DNA of 64,000 nt, from assembly GCA_026025075.1 (NCBI GenBank), contig JAPEUI010000084.1, positions 1 through 64,000 on the forward strand, written 5' to 3'. Source of the stretch: Vezdaea acicularis (Eukaryota). The translations under genes were made by a program, and so were the position numbers. The notes under the pieces are model-generated. The model saw nothing but the letters and a program-made list of their open reading frames with translations. It was not told the DNA's origin and made no database searches. How positions within the stretch are numbered: the first letter of the stretch is position 1; every line of letters starts with the position of its first letter. Shown here piece by piece: positions 24,290 to 36,633 of the stretch.

Positions 24290-25333
24290 GGTTCATGTGA
24301 ATGCAGGGCCCGGACAGCTCTTTTGCCCAAATTGTTGTTAGGTAGCTAAGTTGGGACCCGTAAAGGCGGGTGGTCAGGTGGTGTGCAGTCGCTGATTGGC
24401 CCCGGCGCTTACGCGTGTTGGCCGTCGAGTGGGCCTCTGAGAGCAGCCTCCACCCGTTCAAGGAAACTTGACGAATCGTCGGGCGGGCCACATTTGCGCC
24501 ACGAACGGAGGGCCCGACCACTCAAGGAACGCCGAAAGAATATCACGTTTGGCCCCTAATTGTCGGCCCGTTCATGAGCTTGCGTATCATTAGGAAAGAC
24601 TATGTTGTTAGGGCCTAATGCTGCAGGTTGGAACGAGGCCTTCAGTTCTCCAAGAGCGCTACGCTCTGGGCAGGCGCCATTGAGCAGATATCTCCCACAT
24701 CTGCATTGGTTCATATATGTTGAGCTTCTCAATGGCTCTGCAAGTCATTTACGTAGTACTTCCAGAGCTGAACCATGCTCGATGACGGACGGGCTAGTGT
24801 TTCTACGCGAGCGATGGTGGATTCTGATCGGTCGAATTCAATCTATTTTTGAATACTTCTCGAACACTCTCTGTTATTCTCACAATCTTCGAGCCAATCG
24901 CTCTCGAGACAGGTATCAAAGGTTGCCGTATTACATTGCTCATATCACCGTCAGCATTGTGGATACTACGCGAATCTCCTGTGTTGGAGTTCCAACATGG
25001 TTCACAGTCCCGATAAAACGTTTGGCCCTGATTGCGGAACTCGAACCTCGATCGCTCAAAAAGTTGGAAGCGAGATCGGCGACGCTCATTTGTAACAGTT
25101 AGATTTCGCTCTCGCATCTTCATTGGATTCGAAGAAGTTCGCCGGATGATGTGAAGTCATAGAGAGTAACACATTGACGGCACAGGATGTCAGTAAACAC
25201 TAACCATATCTCCCAGTCAATGCTTCAAGGATTTATGTATGGTCGCTTCGAATTGGGAACAATACCCAGACCATAACACTCATTCATCGCTCACTCTCTA
25301 TTTATCTTCATGAAGGAGCTGCGATAGCATACC

Positions 25334-27378
25334 ATGATGCTATCCAGCTCTGGCTACTTGTCACGGACAGAGCTGATGAAAGAACCGAAGGCCACACTGT
25401 TTGTGTTGTTCACAATCTGCTGTCTCTCGTACCTTCTTTCAATCGACTGTAGTACCGAAGAGCAAATTCAGCTAAACCTGAAACAATCTTTTCAAAGTCT
25501 ACCGCTGTCAAGGTATTTGGCGAAAGGTCAACTATTTCTTGGAAATCAGCAATTGAGACACTCAGAGGGTCCACCTCTTGGTGCTGTGGCATCGGAAAAC
25601 TCACTATGCTCTGGAGTAGGCGTGGACCTAATACGGCTTGGTGGTAGTGCTGCTGATGCTGTAAGTAAACTGGACAACCCTGAAGACCTTGTGTAATCCC
25701 CTTTTGACCACTCTATTCAGCTCGTCGGCACCGTGCTATGCGTAGGTACCACTTCTCCGCATCATTCTGGCATTGGTGGCGGCGGTTTCATGCTTGTCCG
25801 CGCTCCTAATGGTACATATGAGCATGTCGACTTCCGAGAATCGGCGCCAGCTGCTGCCTATGAAGATATGTATAGAGATAATGTAGATGGAAGCATCTTT
25901 GGTGGTCTAGCTAGGTAAATGAACTTTCTACATCTCTCTGTAGTCCCATGAGCTAAGATATCCTTGAAGTGGGATACCTGGCGAGTTGCGTGGGTTGGAA
26001 TATATTCACAAACGCCACGGTCGTCTGCCCTGGTCTGTCGTTGTCCAACCAGCGGTTGGAATTGCTCGGTATGGCTTTCTTGTCAAAGCCGACCTCGTTC
26101 AATTTATGGACTACGCTACCGCGGCTACCCCAGGCGGTAGAAATTTTCTCGTTGAAGATCCCAACTGGGCAATAGATTTCGCCCCGAATGGAACGAGGCT
26201 CGGTATTGGCGATGTTATGACCAGAAAGCGTTACGCCAATACATTGGAGGCCATTGCTGATGAGGGGGTGGATGCGTTCTACAATGGTGCTATAGCAGCC
26301 TCAGTGATCAAGACAGTACAAGACGCCAACGGAACGATGAGTGTGAAAGATTTAGAAGAATATCGTGTCGTGATTCGATCAGCGATGGAGATAGACTACA
26401 GAGGTTTTAAGGTCCGAAGTTGCTCAGCTCCCGCGAGTGGCACAGTAGTATTGAGTACCATGAAGATCATCGAGGGTTATGAGAATATCGGCGAAGTGTC
26501 GAGTACGAATCTTAGTACCCATAGATTAGATGAAGCGATTCGATTCGCATACGCTCAGAGAACGAAAATGGGAGATCCAGACTATGTGAAGAACATGGTC
26601 TCATTCGAACAAGAAGTTATCGACGACATCACAGCCAAGAACATTAGGTCCAAAATCTCTGACCAAAAAACGCAAAATGTATCAGCTTACAACCCTGATG
26701 GCTGGGAGAGTCGTGAGGAGTAAGTTCTTCCATCCACCTGCGATCCTTGAAAGCTTTCACCACCCCCCCTTGTCTAGCTGCAAACTAATATTCAGCAGTC
26801 ATGGCACCTCCCACGTGGTGACGGCCGACGCCAGCGGTCTTGCGATAACCTTAACTACAACCGTCAATCTCCTCTTTGGCTCCCATCTGATCGACCCCGC
26901 TACCGGTATAATCCTCAACAACGAAATGAATGACTTCTCCATTCCGAATGTGTCCAACCAATTTGGTTATATTCCTTCTCCCAACAACTACATCCGCCCA
27001 GGTAAGCGCCCTCTCTCCTCTATCGCCCCAACGATTGTCGAGTGGGCGAATGGGACGCTCTACTTTATCACTGGCGCCGCTGGGGGAAGTAGGATCATCA
27101 CAGCGACGATTCTCAGTCTGTGGAATGTGCTGGATCGCGGCATGACCACAGGGCAAGCGCTGCAGGAGCCGAGATTTCACGACCAGCTGGTCCCTAACGA
27201 GATTATATTCGAGTACGCCTTCGACAACGGGACGACAGACAGCATGAACAGACGAGGTCACAATGTTACTTGGGAGCCTGCTCTTAGCGTAGTAAATGCT
27301 ATACGGGTCACGCCCGAGGGATTGTGGGAGGCTGAAGGGGATCCGAGGTTGGCAGACTCAGGAGGTCTTGTGGTTTAG
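25334..27378 (+). CDS. Gamma-glutamyl transpeptidase (Ntn hydrolase) with N-terminal membrane anchor
   Basis: GAVASE, SGIGGGGFMLVR, DFRESAP, catalytic Thr in HGTSH, NNEMNDFS, PGKRPLSS and GAAGGSRI motifs; three introns. Confidence 0.95.
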
Positions 27379-28971
27379 GCCTCGACAAAGCATGAAGCAG
27401 GCAAGCGCGAGATGGGCGTGGAGCTGCTGGGCAGTGGAACGATGTGAGCTCGAGCACTCCACTAATGACTGTACTGTTTTTAAATTGATCGAGAGGTGTA
27501 CTAATACTACACACTGTACGGCACAACACTTACTAAACCCCCACTGTATCTGTCACCTGAGAACCTTGACACTTGTTTCTGTGGTGCTTCTTCCCTTGAC
27601 AATCGGGCAACAGAAAAATCACGTTCTAGAGATAGTAATGTCACATCTCAGCGACTAGTCGAATCAGGTTCTTAGAGTATTGTCATTGATTTTTGTTTTG
27701 GGAGCTTAGCCAGAAGTGTGCGATAATTCTACAAGACGGGCCTGCTTCTCCGGTTTCCTTAGCTTTACGGTCTGTCTCGGGATTGGAAGTGCCTTCGTAT
27801 ATTCTTCACCGCCTGTAACTATATTCAATGTTATCTTAGCCTGACTCAAAAGTTCTCACTTTCTACGTGCTCATTAATCTGCACATTGAGTTCAGAATTA
27901 GTGTTGTGATTATCTGTCGAACCTCCAGAGGTTCTGTGTCCTTTCGTCAAAGGACTCCCCCTAAGAAGCATTTTCCGGTAAAAAATCACATTAATGAGCA
28001 ATGAATTAGATGGCATCTGCCTGCACGAGTGTGAAGTGGTAAGAAGCTATCTGTTCAACTGTCCCTTGATCAGGATACCTCTCTGGAGAGACCGACGGCG
28101 CAAGATTGCACTAAATTAGGGGCTTTTCGCGGAGGGACTGTCCGCAGGGAAGTCACATGTAGAAGTGCAAAAGGTACAGCCACCTGTTAAGCTGAGCCAT
28201 AATTATGACTCTTATGCTTGTATTCCCCCGTCTCGAAGCAAGACTCACAACACAGCAAGGTCTTCGCCACGCCATGAGACTGGGCGTTTGATTTCAGAAT
28301 TTGTTGAGACACCGGAAACTCGATACAGGTTTGGCTGGCTTGTGAGCTGCCTGTCCTTGTGTCCGCAATAGCTTGCTAGACATTAAGCCGAACAACTTTT
28401 CTAGCGTCACGTTGCTTCTCTGAGGAATTGCAGTCCTTCTAGAATCTGTTGGGTTTATCTATGTTGGTTTTAGTGCTTTAACTACAACTCGTGAGGACAT
28501 CCAACGTTCCCCCCCCATCCATGCGATGCGTCAGCTGCAAGCACCTGACTTTGGATTATCTGTAGTATAAACCTATGGCAGCTTCAACCAAGAACGTAAG
28601 CTCTACATCCATCCTACCGGAGCCCTCACAGATACAATTTGGGCCACGTCAGAAGGTGAGACTATTGAAGAATGCCCTTTCAAGAGCTAGAACTAAAGAC
28701 GAAGATGCCTTACAGCCAGACAGGACGATCAAGGCAAGGAAAACTATGCTTTCTTGCTCCTCCGTTGAGGAGACAAAGTATGATCGTTACCTACATTAAC
28801 CCCTATTCATCGCAAATCCGGTCTCCTGATATCATCCCCTATCATTTCATTTATTACAAGCAAAAGGAAAGCCTTATTGCTGAAAATCTTGCTTCCCTCA
28901 AATATCCCTTCTAACGGCAGCATACCTTAAGAGACAGTGGCGCTTTATTTTTTTGACCCATCCGAAACCCC

Positions 28972-31656
28972 TCACCGATCTAGATCCTCTACCAACTTTG
29001 TAAATTTATACCTCAATTTCCTCTGGTACCACCATCCATAATAGCATATGATTCCAAGGACAGCAGTAGCCACGGAGCCCATTGGCACCCAGAAAGCCCC
29101 TGCGTAATAGATGTGTACACGATTATCAGTGCTGACATGAAAAACGCCCTGTTTACTGATCCAGTTTGGTACGCCAAGGGAGCATAAGCAGTTACGATAG
29201 ACCCCCATAATCTGCATAAGCGTCCCGCCAATCGCGGAAAAAACGGCAGCGCCAAGTGTGATGAGCAAGCAGGTCCAGAAGAAGACAGAGCCTGCAGTGA
29301 GCTTCTTTTCATCTGGCATGTGCGGAGGTGCGATATAGGACCCGTATGACTGCTGCGACTGATTTGAACCATCGCGCTGCATCAGTGGTGGCACAGGGCT
29401 AGCCGGGGGGTGGCCTTGGACCGGCGGCGATGTAGCAGTCAAAGGGGGTAACAGAAATGCCGATGAGCCCTCACGAGGTCTTGTGTAAGGTACATCACTT
29501 GTCGGTAGCATTGGCGTCTCTTGGCTGTATTCATCAGACGCGGTGCCTCGACGCTGTTTCTCGGGGTTTCGGCGCTCTCTCTCAGCCTTGTCTTCTTCCT
29601 TCCAGATTCGACGGCGTTCGCGCCATCGATAGTCTCGCCAAGTGAATCTCCAAATCCAGAGAAGCAAAAGACAGAATTGCGCAATTGCGTAAACCAGAAA
29701 GGTGAGAGAACGACAGCCTATGCCGACTCGAGGCGTGAAGAACGAGGTAAGAAAGCCGAGACCACAGGGTATTGAAAATAGGAGAAACGCGATGATGGAG
29801 ATTTCGGTCCAAGATTCCCAATCCATGCGCAACTTATCCCGAAGGGCTTTCATCTGTGACGGATCTTCGTGGCCGTAAGCTCGATAAAGCGTCATTACCC
29901 ATTCTCGTTTGCTTCGACCTCTCTCCCACATCCAAGCTGGTTGAAAATGCGATTCATAGCTCTCGACAAGTATATCTCGCTTGAAGGCGCGAATGATTTT
30001 ATTTGTCCTCTTGAGGCGTGGCTGAGATGCCGGCGTGTTGAAGCCCTCTGGGTCGGCGATGATGCCTTCTAGAGTATTCGGATTGTTACCCGCGAGAAGA
30101 CAACCGCTGATGATGCTGATATGTGGAATAGACATCCACCACATTCCAAAGGCAAGGGCGTGCGAGGTATCGTTATCACCTAGAGAACCTCGAATTTCAA
30201 TCAGCGCATAGATAAATGAACCGAGATAGAAAACGACAGGAGCCCCGACAATTGAGCCAAAGCTATATTGACACGCCAGCATTGCCCTCAGACGTGTCTT
30301 TGTCTCTTGAATGACATCGGAAGACACCGTTCCACAGGCACGACATCGAGTCCGACCAGGCGCTGCGTGCGACGGCTGCTCTAAACCTGTCATGACATCG
30401 AGTTCATAGCCACGCTCATCTTGGAAATGTATCGGATGGGATTGAATATGGTTACCCGCTGAGGTGGAGCCTGCCAAGGGAAAGTATCCAGCAGACTGTT
30501 GCCCCGAGCTAGCAACATTACCATCCCTTGGCATACCAGAGGGGCTTTGGTCTCGAGATGGACCAGCAATAATGCTATGACCCTCGTGACCAATGTCGCC
30601 CGAAGGCCCATCTGCACCATCGACATATATACCCAACGGCGTGACTGGAGGACTGCGTTGCTCACTCGTTGGGTGGCTCGGATTGGGCGTACTCATGAGA
30701 CCAGGAGTCCCCTGTATGGGATTCCCGGGCAGATTGTCTGTCAATTTCATGGTGGGCTCCCATGCGCGCTCGATGTCCAAATTGCCTACAAGGACGGTAT
30801 AAAGAATCCTCGCTCGCAACCTGACGCTCAAGTGTCCATTTTCAATCTTATCGCGCAGAAGATCAACGATGCGTTTATCAAGAAGTGCTTCGTATAAACC
30901 GCTGAGGAGGAGGGGCCCGGAGAGGGCAAAAACAAGACCGAGCCAAATAATGATATCAGCTACAGTTCACATATTAGCAGGTAGCCTTCAGCAAGATCAT
31001 TGCGACAGGCCAACCTGTGACTGTTGCCGCTGCTAGCAGCCCCATTACGAACGTCTTTACGAATGATAGCCCAGTGGGATTTTCGGGGAACATCCAATCT
31101 GGGACCACCAGTCGCCTGCGACGTGGTATAGCCAGGCAGAAAACGACGGCTGGTAAGATAAATCCGACCAGAGGCTGGACCCACTGCTTCAAATTAGAGC
31201 TCTTTGAGATCTGCCAACCCGGGCACGTCGACGAGCACCAATCATAGTCAACAGTGACCCTACTGTCCATTAGTACGAGTACTGTGTGGAACTTGCGCGA
31301 ATAGCGTACGTTGGCGCCCCATTATTGTCGCCATTGTAGACAGCGTTACATGGCCATATGGAGTTTAATAGTGTCGTCCCGTTGACTTCTATAAAAGAGT
31401 TTGGCTTTACTGCCACAGACCCATTTATGATCTCTATCGATTGGTTGACTGCGACAAGACAGCAATGGGCGAAATCTTGCCCACCGAGGGAAGGATGGAG
31501 CTTTGACGGGTTTTGCACATCAAGATTGGCCAGAGCACTGAAGGCATCCCAGACATTCTCGAATGGTCCGTTCGGGAGATCAGCAGCGACGAATGTAGGT
31601 AGTGCAAGAACGGCGCATATCGTCCAGCACAGAAATGGGTTCAACATGGCCCACAT
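28972..31656 (-). CDS. Large multi-pass membrane protein with signal peptide and Cys-containing extracellular N-terminus, unknown function
   Basis: Three ORFs join in frame through two GT-AG introns (~31263-31309 and ~30960-31015). The product has a signal-like N-terminus, AHCCLVAVN, several NxS/T sequons and many TM segments with long cytosolic loops. Confidence 0.75.
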
Positions 31657-33555
31657 AATGTATCTGTGGGATTGCACCTCGAGGTCAGCAACATCTACCC
31701 TCTCCATCATTGATGGGGTCTGCGCCCAGGGTCCGAAGGCTACCATAAAGAGTCATACGAAGGCATACCTAAGGAAATTTCATCCTGTCATACCCCGTCT
31801 TCGACTTCTCAACTTCTTAGTTTTGCGGGGAACAATATCATCATTCCATGTTTTTCTGACCGCGTGGAAGGGCACGGGAAAGTTGATCTACTTCATAGGA
31901 GCGCGCGAGGTTACATGGTGTGAGGGAGGCTGAAGGACCTCCGCGAGGAGGCCCAGAGCCTCAGAGGCTGCGAATGGGCGGCGAATATCGAGTAGAGGCA
32001 CATGGTTGCTACTTTCCAATAGTAAGGATGTTCAATTCAGCCAAACGGGCGCTGCAGCCGTAGCCCGATTGGATAGACATGGGCAGATGGGGAGGAGGCT
32101 GACCGCAAAAAGCACACGGAAGCCGAACTTCTTCATGCCGCTACAGGGTTTGGAACCAATGGGCTCTCGCTTCGGCAAGACTCCAAAGTCTAGACTAGAT
32201 GTTGCGACCGAGGCCATAGTCCATCTTCGAATCACTACTGGTGCTCTAGACCTTGAACCGTCTGAAGTTAATAAGGGGTCGGAACGGAGGCTGCCGAAGT
32301 GGGTGGTCATTTGGCCGTATAAGTACACGCACAGCACAAAATATGCATGAAGCCGTTAAAATGGTGCAGATCTTCCTTGCGTAATACAGAAAGACTCCCG
32401 CCCACAGTCTGGATATTGGTCAAGGATCGCATCTATTTTTCCCCTACAGACGCCATTTGGCTAGAAGATGGCTTTGCTTTTCGATCTTCCAGCCCTAAAA
32501 CGATTGCCGGTCCACCAAATGATGTCGTCCGCGCACTGACAACAGAAGGGTAGATCAAAATGCTTCAGCCTCGTTTGTCTTGTGAACAGATGTTGCGTCT
32601 GGCAATAGGACCCGATACTTTACATCCTGCTAAACACAGATGAAGCGCCAATATTATTTGTGTTGCTGGTGTAAACCGCCAGTCAGCGGAAAGAGAAGCA
32701 TCGCTCCACTTTGGTGACCCGAGGTCCTAATTCTAACTGGTCCGATCACCTCAAAAGCATTGATTGTGCTTGTATTAAAGATCGATCAAGGATTTGAGCC
32801 CGATGTCTCTTTCAATCTATTTCTCTCTAGTATTTCGTCGTTCCTCTCTCATACAGCGCGTTCTCTTCACTCAGCCAAATCGAATTAACACGGAGGTTTG
32901 CTCCCTCACTGTGTATCGCTCCCCGCTTTCATGATCAGGGCGCTGCAGACTCTGATCAAGAGGGATTTTTTCTGTCGAATACCTTATCACCCTCATCACT
33001 TGGACTGGTCCGTGCAGGTATCAGGGGACATACTGTACAACACCTGCAGAACTTACCGTTCGCTTTGTTGTCTCTAACTCTTCAGCTACGACTCCACATC
33101 TTTATACTTTCACAGGCTTGGTCTCACATCTTCTTCTCCACATCGATTTTGATGTGATTTGGCACCAAGTTCGCGAACGCAATCAATTTACAGCCTTTCA
33201 CGAGGATAAGATAGCATGAGTTTCAGAATTCGCGCAACCAAGCGAGGCGGATGGGTCCGAGTTTCATAAGGGCGGAAGAATCCTTCACGCCCTCTCAATA
33301 AAGCCTTCGAGACGACGATACGAGTAGAAGGAAGCAGCATTCTTTATCCTTTCACGCTGGAGTCAACCTTACGTCTCATTTGTAGCTGGGCGCTACCGAT
33401 TCGACGTTGCAAGAGGAAGGGCCATAAAGCCTAGCCCCCCCATCTTGAGGATCGAGTTTTTGTCAATTCGAACCTCCTTCGTATTCGTTTCCATAAGTTT
33501 TTTGCTCCAGTTCCCTTATTTATCTTAATAATTAACACGCTGGCGTGAAGTGACA

Positions 33556-35034
33556 ATGGTTTCTTTCATATCGCCTGTCATTAGCCTGTTATTTTGCCTT
33601 TCCCTTCTACTACCTTCAACGCATGCATGGCTAGAAGGCCAACTCTCTTCGCCCTCGATCGGACGAATTGTTGTCACCATCACAAACGTTGACTCCCATA
33701 ATGTCTCTATCTTGTCGAGGAATAACATGTTCGACGAAGTGCATACATCACGACCATTTCTAATCTCTGATAGCTTCGGAATAGACGTTACCGTATCTGG
33801 AACTCATGCCTATTACGCTTCAAATACTGCGCCTTCGTTCCTGAAGTTGACTCCAGGCGATAATTTTACTCGAGAATTCAATATCTACGATTTCATCCCA
33901 CCCTCTCGACTTAGTGGTGGTAGTCGAATGTTTACGGTCAACTTGCCAAGCGAATTGACCGGCTTCATAGGAAATGAAATTAGCGGAAGCCAGTCTGTCT
34001 ACAGAATAGGCTCCATCTCACTCGAGAGTGCCCCACTGACAATCACTCTACCTCAATCAGCACCGAAACAACACGATCTACTCCGGCGGCAGGCCGGAGG
34101 GGTCCCATCCACGCGTGATTGGAATGGTTACAAGGCATTTAATTGCAATGGAACGAAACTCTCATCTCTCAACACCGCTATTGCTGGGGTTGGCCAGATT
34201 GCTAGCGCAGCCAAGAATGCCGCATCGCAGAACTACAGCTTCCCCTTTTCCTATTTCTTTCGCGCTCAAGATGCCGAGATGGTCATGGGAATCATGGGCA
34301 ACCTCAACGCGGCCTCTCAGGGTCAAGGACCAGCGATAGCAGTAACGTGTGATGACGTAGTCGAACACTGCGGTAGCGCTGTCGGCTTGATGGCATATGT
34401 TCCTTCCGCCAACTCTGGTCTCAACTTCATGTCCATTTGCCCCGCAGCTTTTGACGCAGGATCAGCTGAGCACCAACTCTCCATGGCATTGAATACGCCA
34501 TGTCAAGACCAGCCTGGCACAGTTCGCACCCTTTCCTCGACCCTTTTGCACGAGTCATTACACCTACGTGATCTATGGCCAATCGTCGTTGGAGATTATG
34601 CGTACGGCGCAGTGCCTGCACATAATCTACTCACCGACGGACAGGATCCAACCATAAATGCTGATAGCTACGCTGTTCTGGCCGATTTTTCGTGGACACT
34701 AGGGTTCGGCAGCTGGTCTCCGCCTCCTGGGGAGTCGGGGGGAAGTTGCGTATCCAAATGGGGAGTACCGGATGGCGCATCGTCTACCCCCTCACCCGCT
34801 GCCTCGACTAGCTCCTTAGCCTCTTCAAGCAGCTCCTCAATTGCATTTGACAGCGCCTCCAGCACTCCTACCAGTACTCCTACCCCTAGTCCGGTGGTCG
34901 CCTCTGTAACTCCTCAGGCAAATCCTCCAGTATATATTCCAACCAATAGCCCTTCTAGTACGCCAGGCGGTATTTTGAAGCTAGGAAGTGGCTCAATCTC
35001 AGCCTGGCTGGGAAGCTTGTGGCATGGAGGTTGA
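33556..35034 (+). CDS. Secreted zinc metalloprotease, M35 (deuterolysin/aspzincin)-like, with Ser/Thr/Pro-rich tail
   Basis: Signal peptide, prodomain ending at LLRR, TLLHESLH (HExxH), DYAYG and NADSY motifs; intronless. Confidence 0.85.
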   Translation: MVSFISPVISLLFCLSLLLPSTHAWLEGQLSSPSIGRIVVTITNVDSHNVSILSRNNMFDEVHTSRPFLISDSFGIDVTVSGTHAYYASNTAPSFLKLTPGDNFTREFNIYDFIPPSRLSGGSRMFTVNLPSELTGFIGNEISGSQSVYRIGSISLESAPLTITLPQSAPKQHDLLRRQAGGVPSTRDWNGYKAFNCNGTKLSSLNTAIAGVGQIASAAKNAASQNYSFPFSYFFRAQDAEMVMGIMGNLNAASQGQGPAIAVTCDDVVEHCGSAVGLMAYVPSANSGLNFMSICPAAFDAGSAEHQLSMALNTPCQDQPGTVRTLSSTLLHESLHLRDLWPIVVGDYAYGAVPAHNLLTDGQDPTINADSYAVLADFSWTLGFGSWSPPPGESGGSCVSKWGVPDGASSTPSPAASTSSLASSSSSSIAFDSASSTPTSTPTPSPVVASVTPQANPPVYIPTNSPSSTPGGILKLGSGSISAWLGSLWHGG

Positions 35035-35215
35035 TACGCGGCCTTTGGCTTTCACTTTCTCGCTTTGTATGGAAACTTGAAAAACCCATGCATGCTGCTT
35101 TCTGCATGTAATACATATCGTTTTGCTCTAGAAAGCACGATCGTAGATGTTGGGTTGAAAATCCCTTTATATATTGTTGCAGCCTTAATGTACAGCTAAA
35201 TCCTCTCGTTCGTTG

Positions 35216-36139
35216 TCATACAACTTTCTCCGCCTCCTCAATCAAATCTTGTATCCTGAAACCCTGATCTCCTTTATTGAACATCTCCAAGAGCCTCCTG
35301 CGGCGCTCCCCGGCACCACTTCCCTCTTGTGTACCCCCTGTATTCCCGTAAAATCTTTGTAGGCAGATCAAGAGCCACTTCGCTTCGTCCACACTTACAC
35401 CCCTCTTCTCCATAACCACCCCATTGAGCAGTACGAGCCCATGGCTATCCCTCAAATCTGAATGATGCGTGATGGTCGTATGCGGTGTTGCAAACTCGCC
35501 TTTGAGCTTATACTCCGCTAGATGAGTAATACATAACGTCGAGTGTCGTTGGGATGGGAATGACCACTGTAAGAAATGGAGTTCACTTCCTTGGCCCTCT
35601 CGTGGTATTGGAAGTATGAATTGAGGATTTCGGGATGCCGTAGACGCGATTGTATCGTATATTGGAGCTGGAATAGACGCAGAGAGAGTATATGGGTGGG
35701 GTGCATGCCGAAGGCGCCACAGGGTAGAGATTTCTTTCTCCGGTAGCGCCGATATCTTCTTGACGTCCAGAAACGCAGAGAGCGGTTTTATTCCCGGCGG
35801 TGCAGCCGTGGATGTAGATGTTGACGTGGTAGATGACGAGGGTTCGGGCGGTCGCGGAGACTGCGGAAATTCTGGCTTTGGATGGGTTTGGGGGAGCTGG
35901 ATGGAAGCCTTCTGGCGATATTCCTGAATCTTTGAAGCATATGCAGTTTTTAATTCTGACACGGAGTTGAGACCTTCTCGCCGAGCCTTCTCCGAGAGCT
36001 TATCCCTATATTTATCAAAGACCTTATCCGGCTCTTGATTGGTAACAAGGAAACGGACATTGTGCACACGAGCATAGCGCCGTTGCGGGGGTCGCAGGGT
36101 TCGCAAGGCTCGATGTAGGATTGGCCGCTGGCAGCGCAT
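35216..36139 (-). CDS. ATP11: Mitochondrial F1-ATPase assembly chaperone
   Basis: Presequence plus KYRDKL, GIKPLSAFLD, WRLRH and PQFILPIPREGQGSELHFLQW motifs. Confidence 0.9.
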   Translation of the reverse strand: MRCQRPILHRALRTLRPPQRRYARVHNVRFLVTNQEPDKVFDKYRDKLSEKARREGLNSVSELKTAYASKIQEYRQKASIQLPQTHPKPEFPQSPRPPEPSSSTTSTSTSTAAPPGIKPLSAFLDVKKISALPEKEISTLWRLRHAPHPYTLSASIPAPIYDTIASTASRNPQFILPIPREGQGSELHFLQWSFPSQRHSTLCITHLAEYKLKGEFATPHTTITHHSDLRDSHGLVLLNGVVMEKRGVSVDEAKWLLICLQRFYGNTGGTQEGSGAGERRRRLLEMFNKGDQGFRIQDLIEEAEKVV

Positions 36140-36309
36140 ATCGCATGCGCTGTTTAGGCGAATCTTAGAAGGAGAGGAAGCTTTCAAAATCTATCGCGGA
36201 TGAGGGCTAATCATCAGGGCTTGACAATGGCGAAGCTGTCAACGGGCTTAGGTAATGCAATAAGCGAATCGGAGACCGCGCTACCTATCACGCTATATCG
36301 TCTGATTAG

Positions 36310-36315
36310 CCTCGG
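36310..36315. promoter_or_regulatory. CCTCGG (CCGAGG) FarA/FarB-type fatty-acid response element candidate
   Basis: Exact hexamer ~320 bp upstream of a peroxisomal acyl-CoA ligase. It is short enough to be chance. Confidence 0.3.
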
Positions 36316-36633
36316 CGAACTTCAAGGATCGCCGGATGTGGGGACGCCGCTCAGTCTAAGGTCCCCACTTCCCATTATATATGATGCCGCGGATGTCGGC
36401 CCCTCACCTATGGGAGACTCGTTTGTGGTCGTACGAGGTGTGGGTACGACAACTGAGCTACGCCATCATTTCTTCCAGCACGTTGGTCTTCGCCTACGAC
36501 CGCTATCTCTTCTCACATCGCGGTCCCCTGGACTCGGCTGACACAACTACATTTACCTCCTTACACCAATTCATGTGAGACTGCGACAACCTTATGGGTC
36601 ATATCTGTGTACTATAGTGTACGTATACTTGCA

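Noticed and set aside
24602..25123. Overlapping 166-aa (+) and 106-aa (-) ORFs between divergent genes
   Set aside because: No motifs or protein-like features; likely chance ORFs in promoter DNA.
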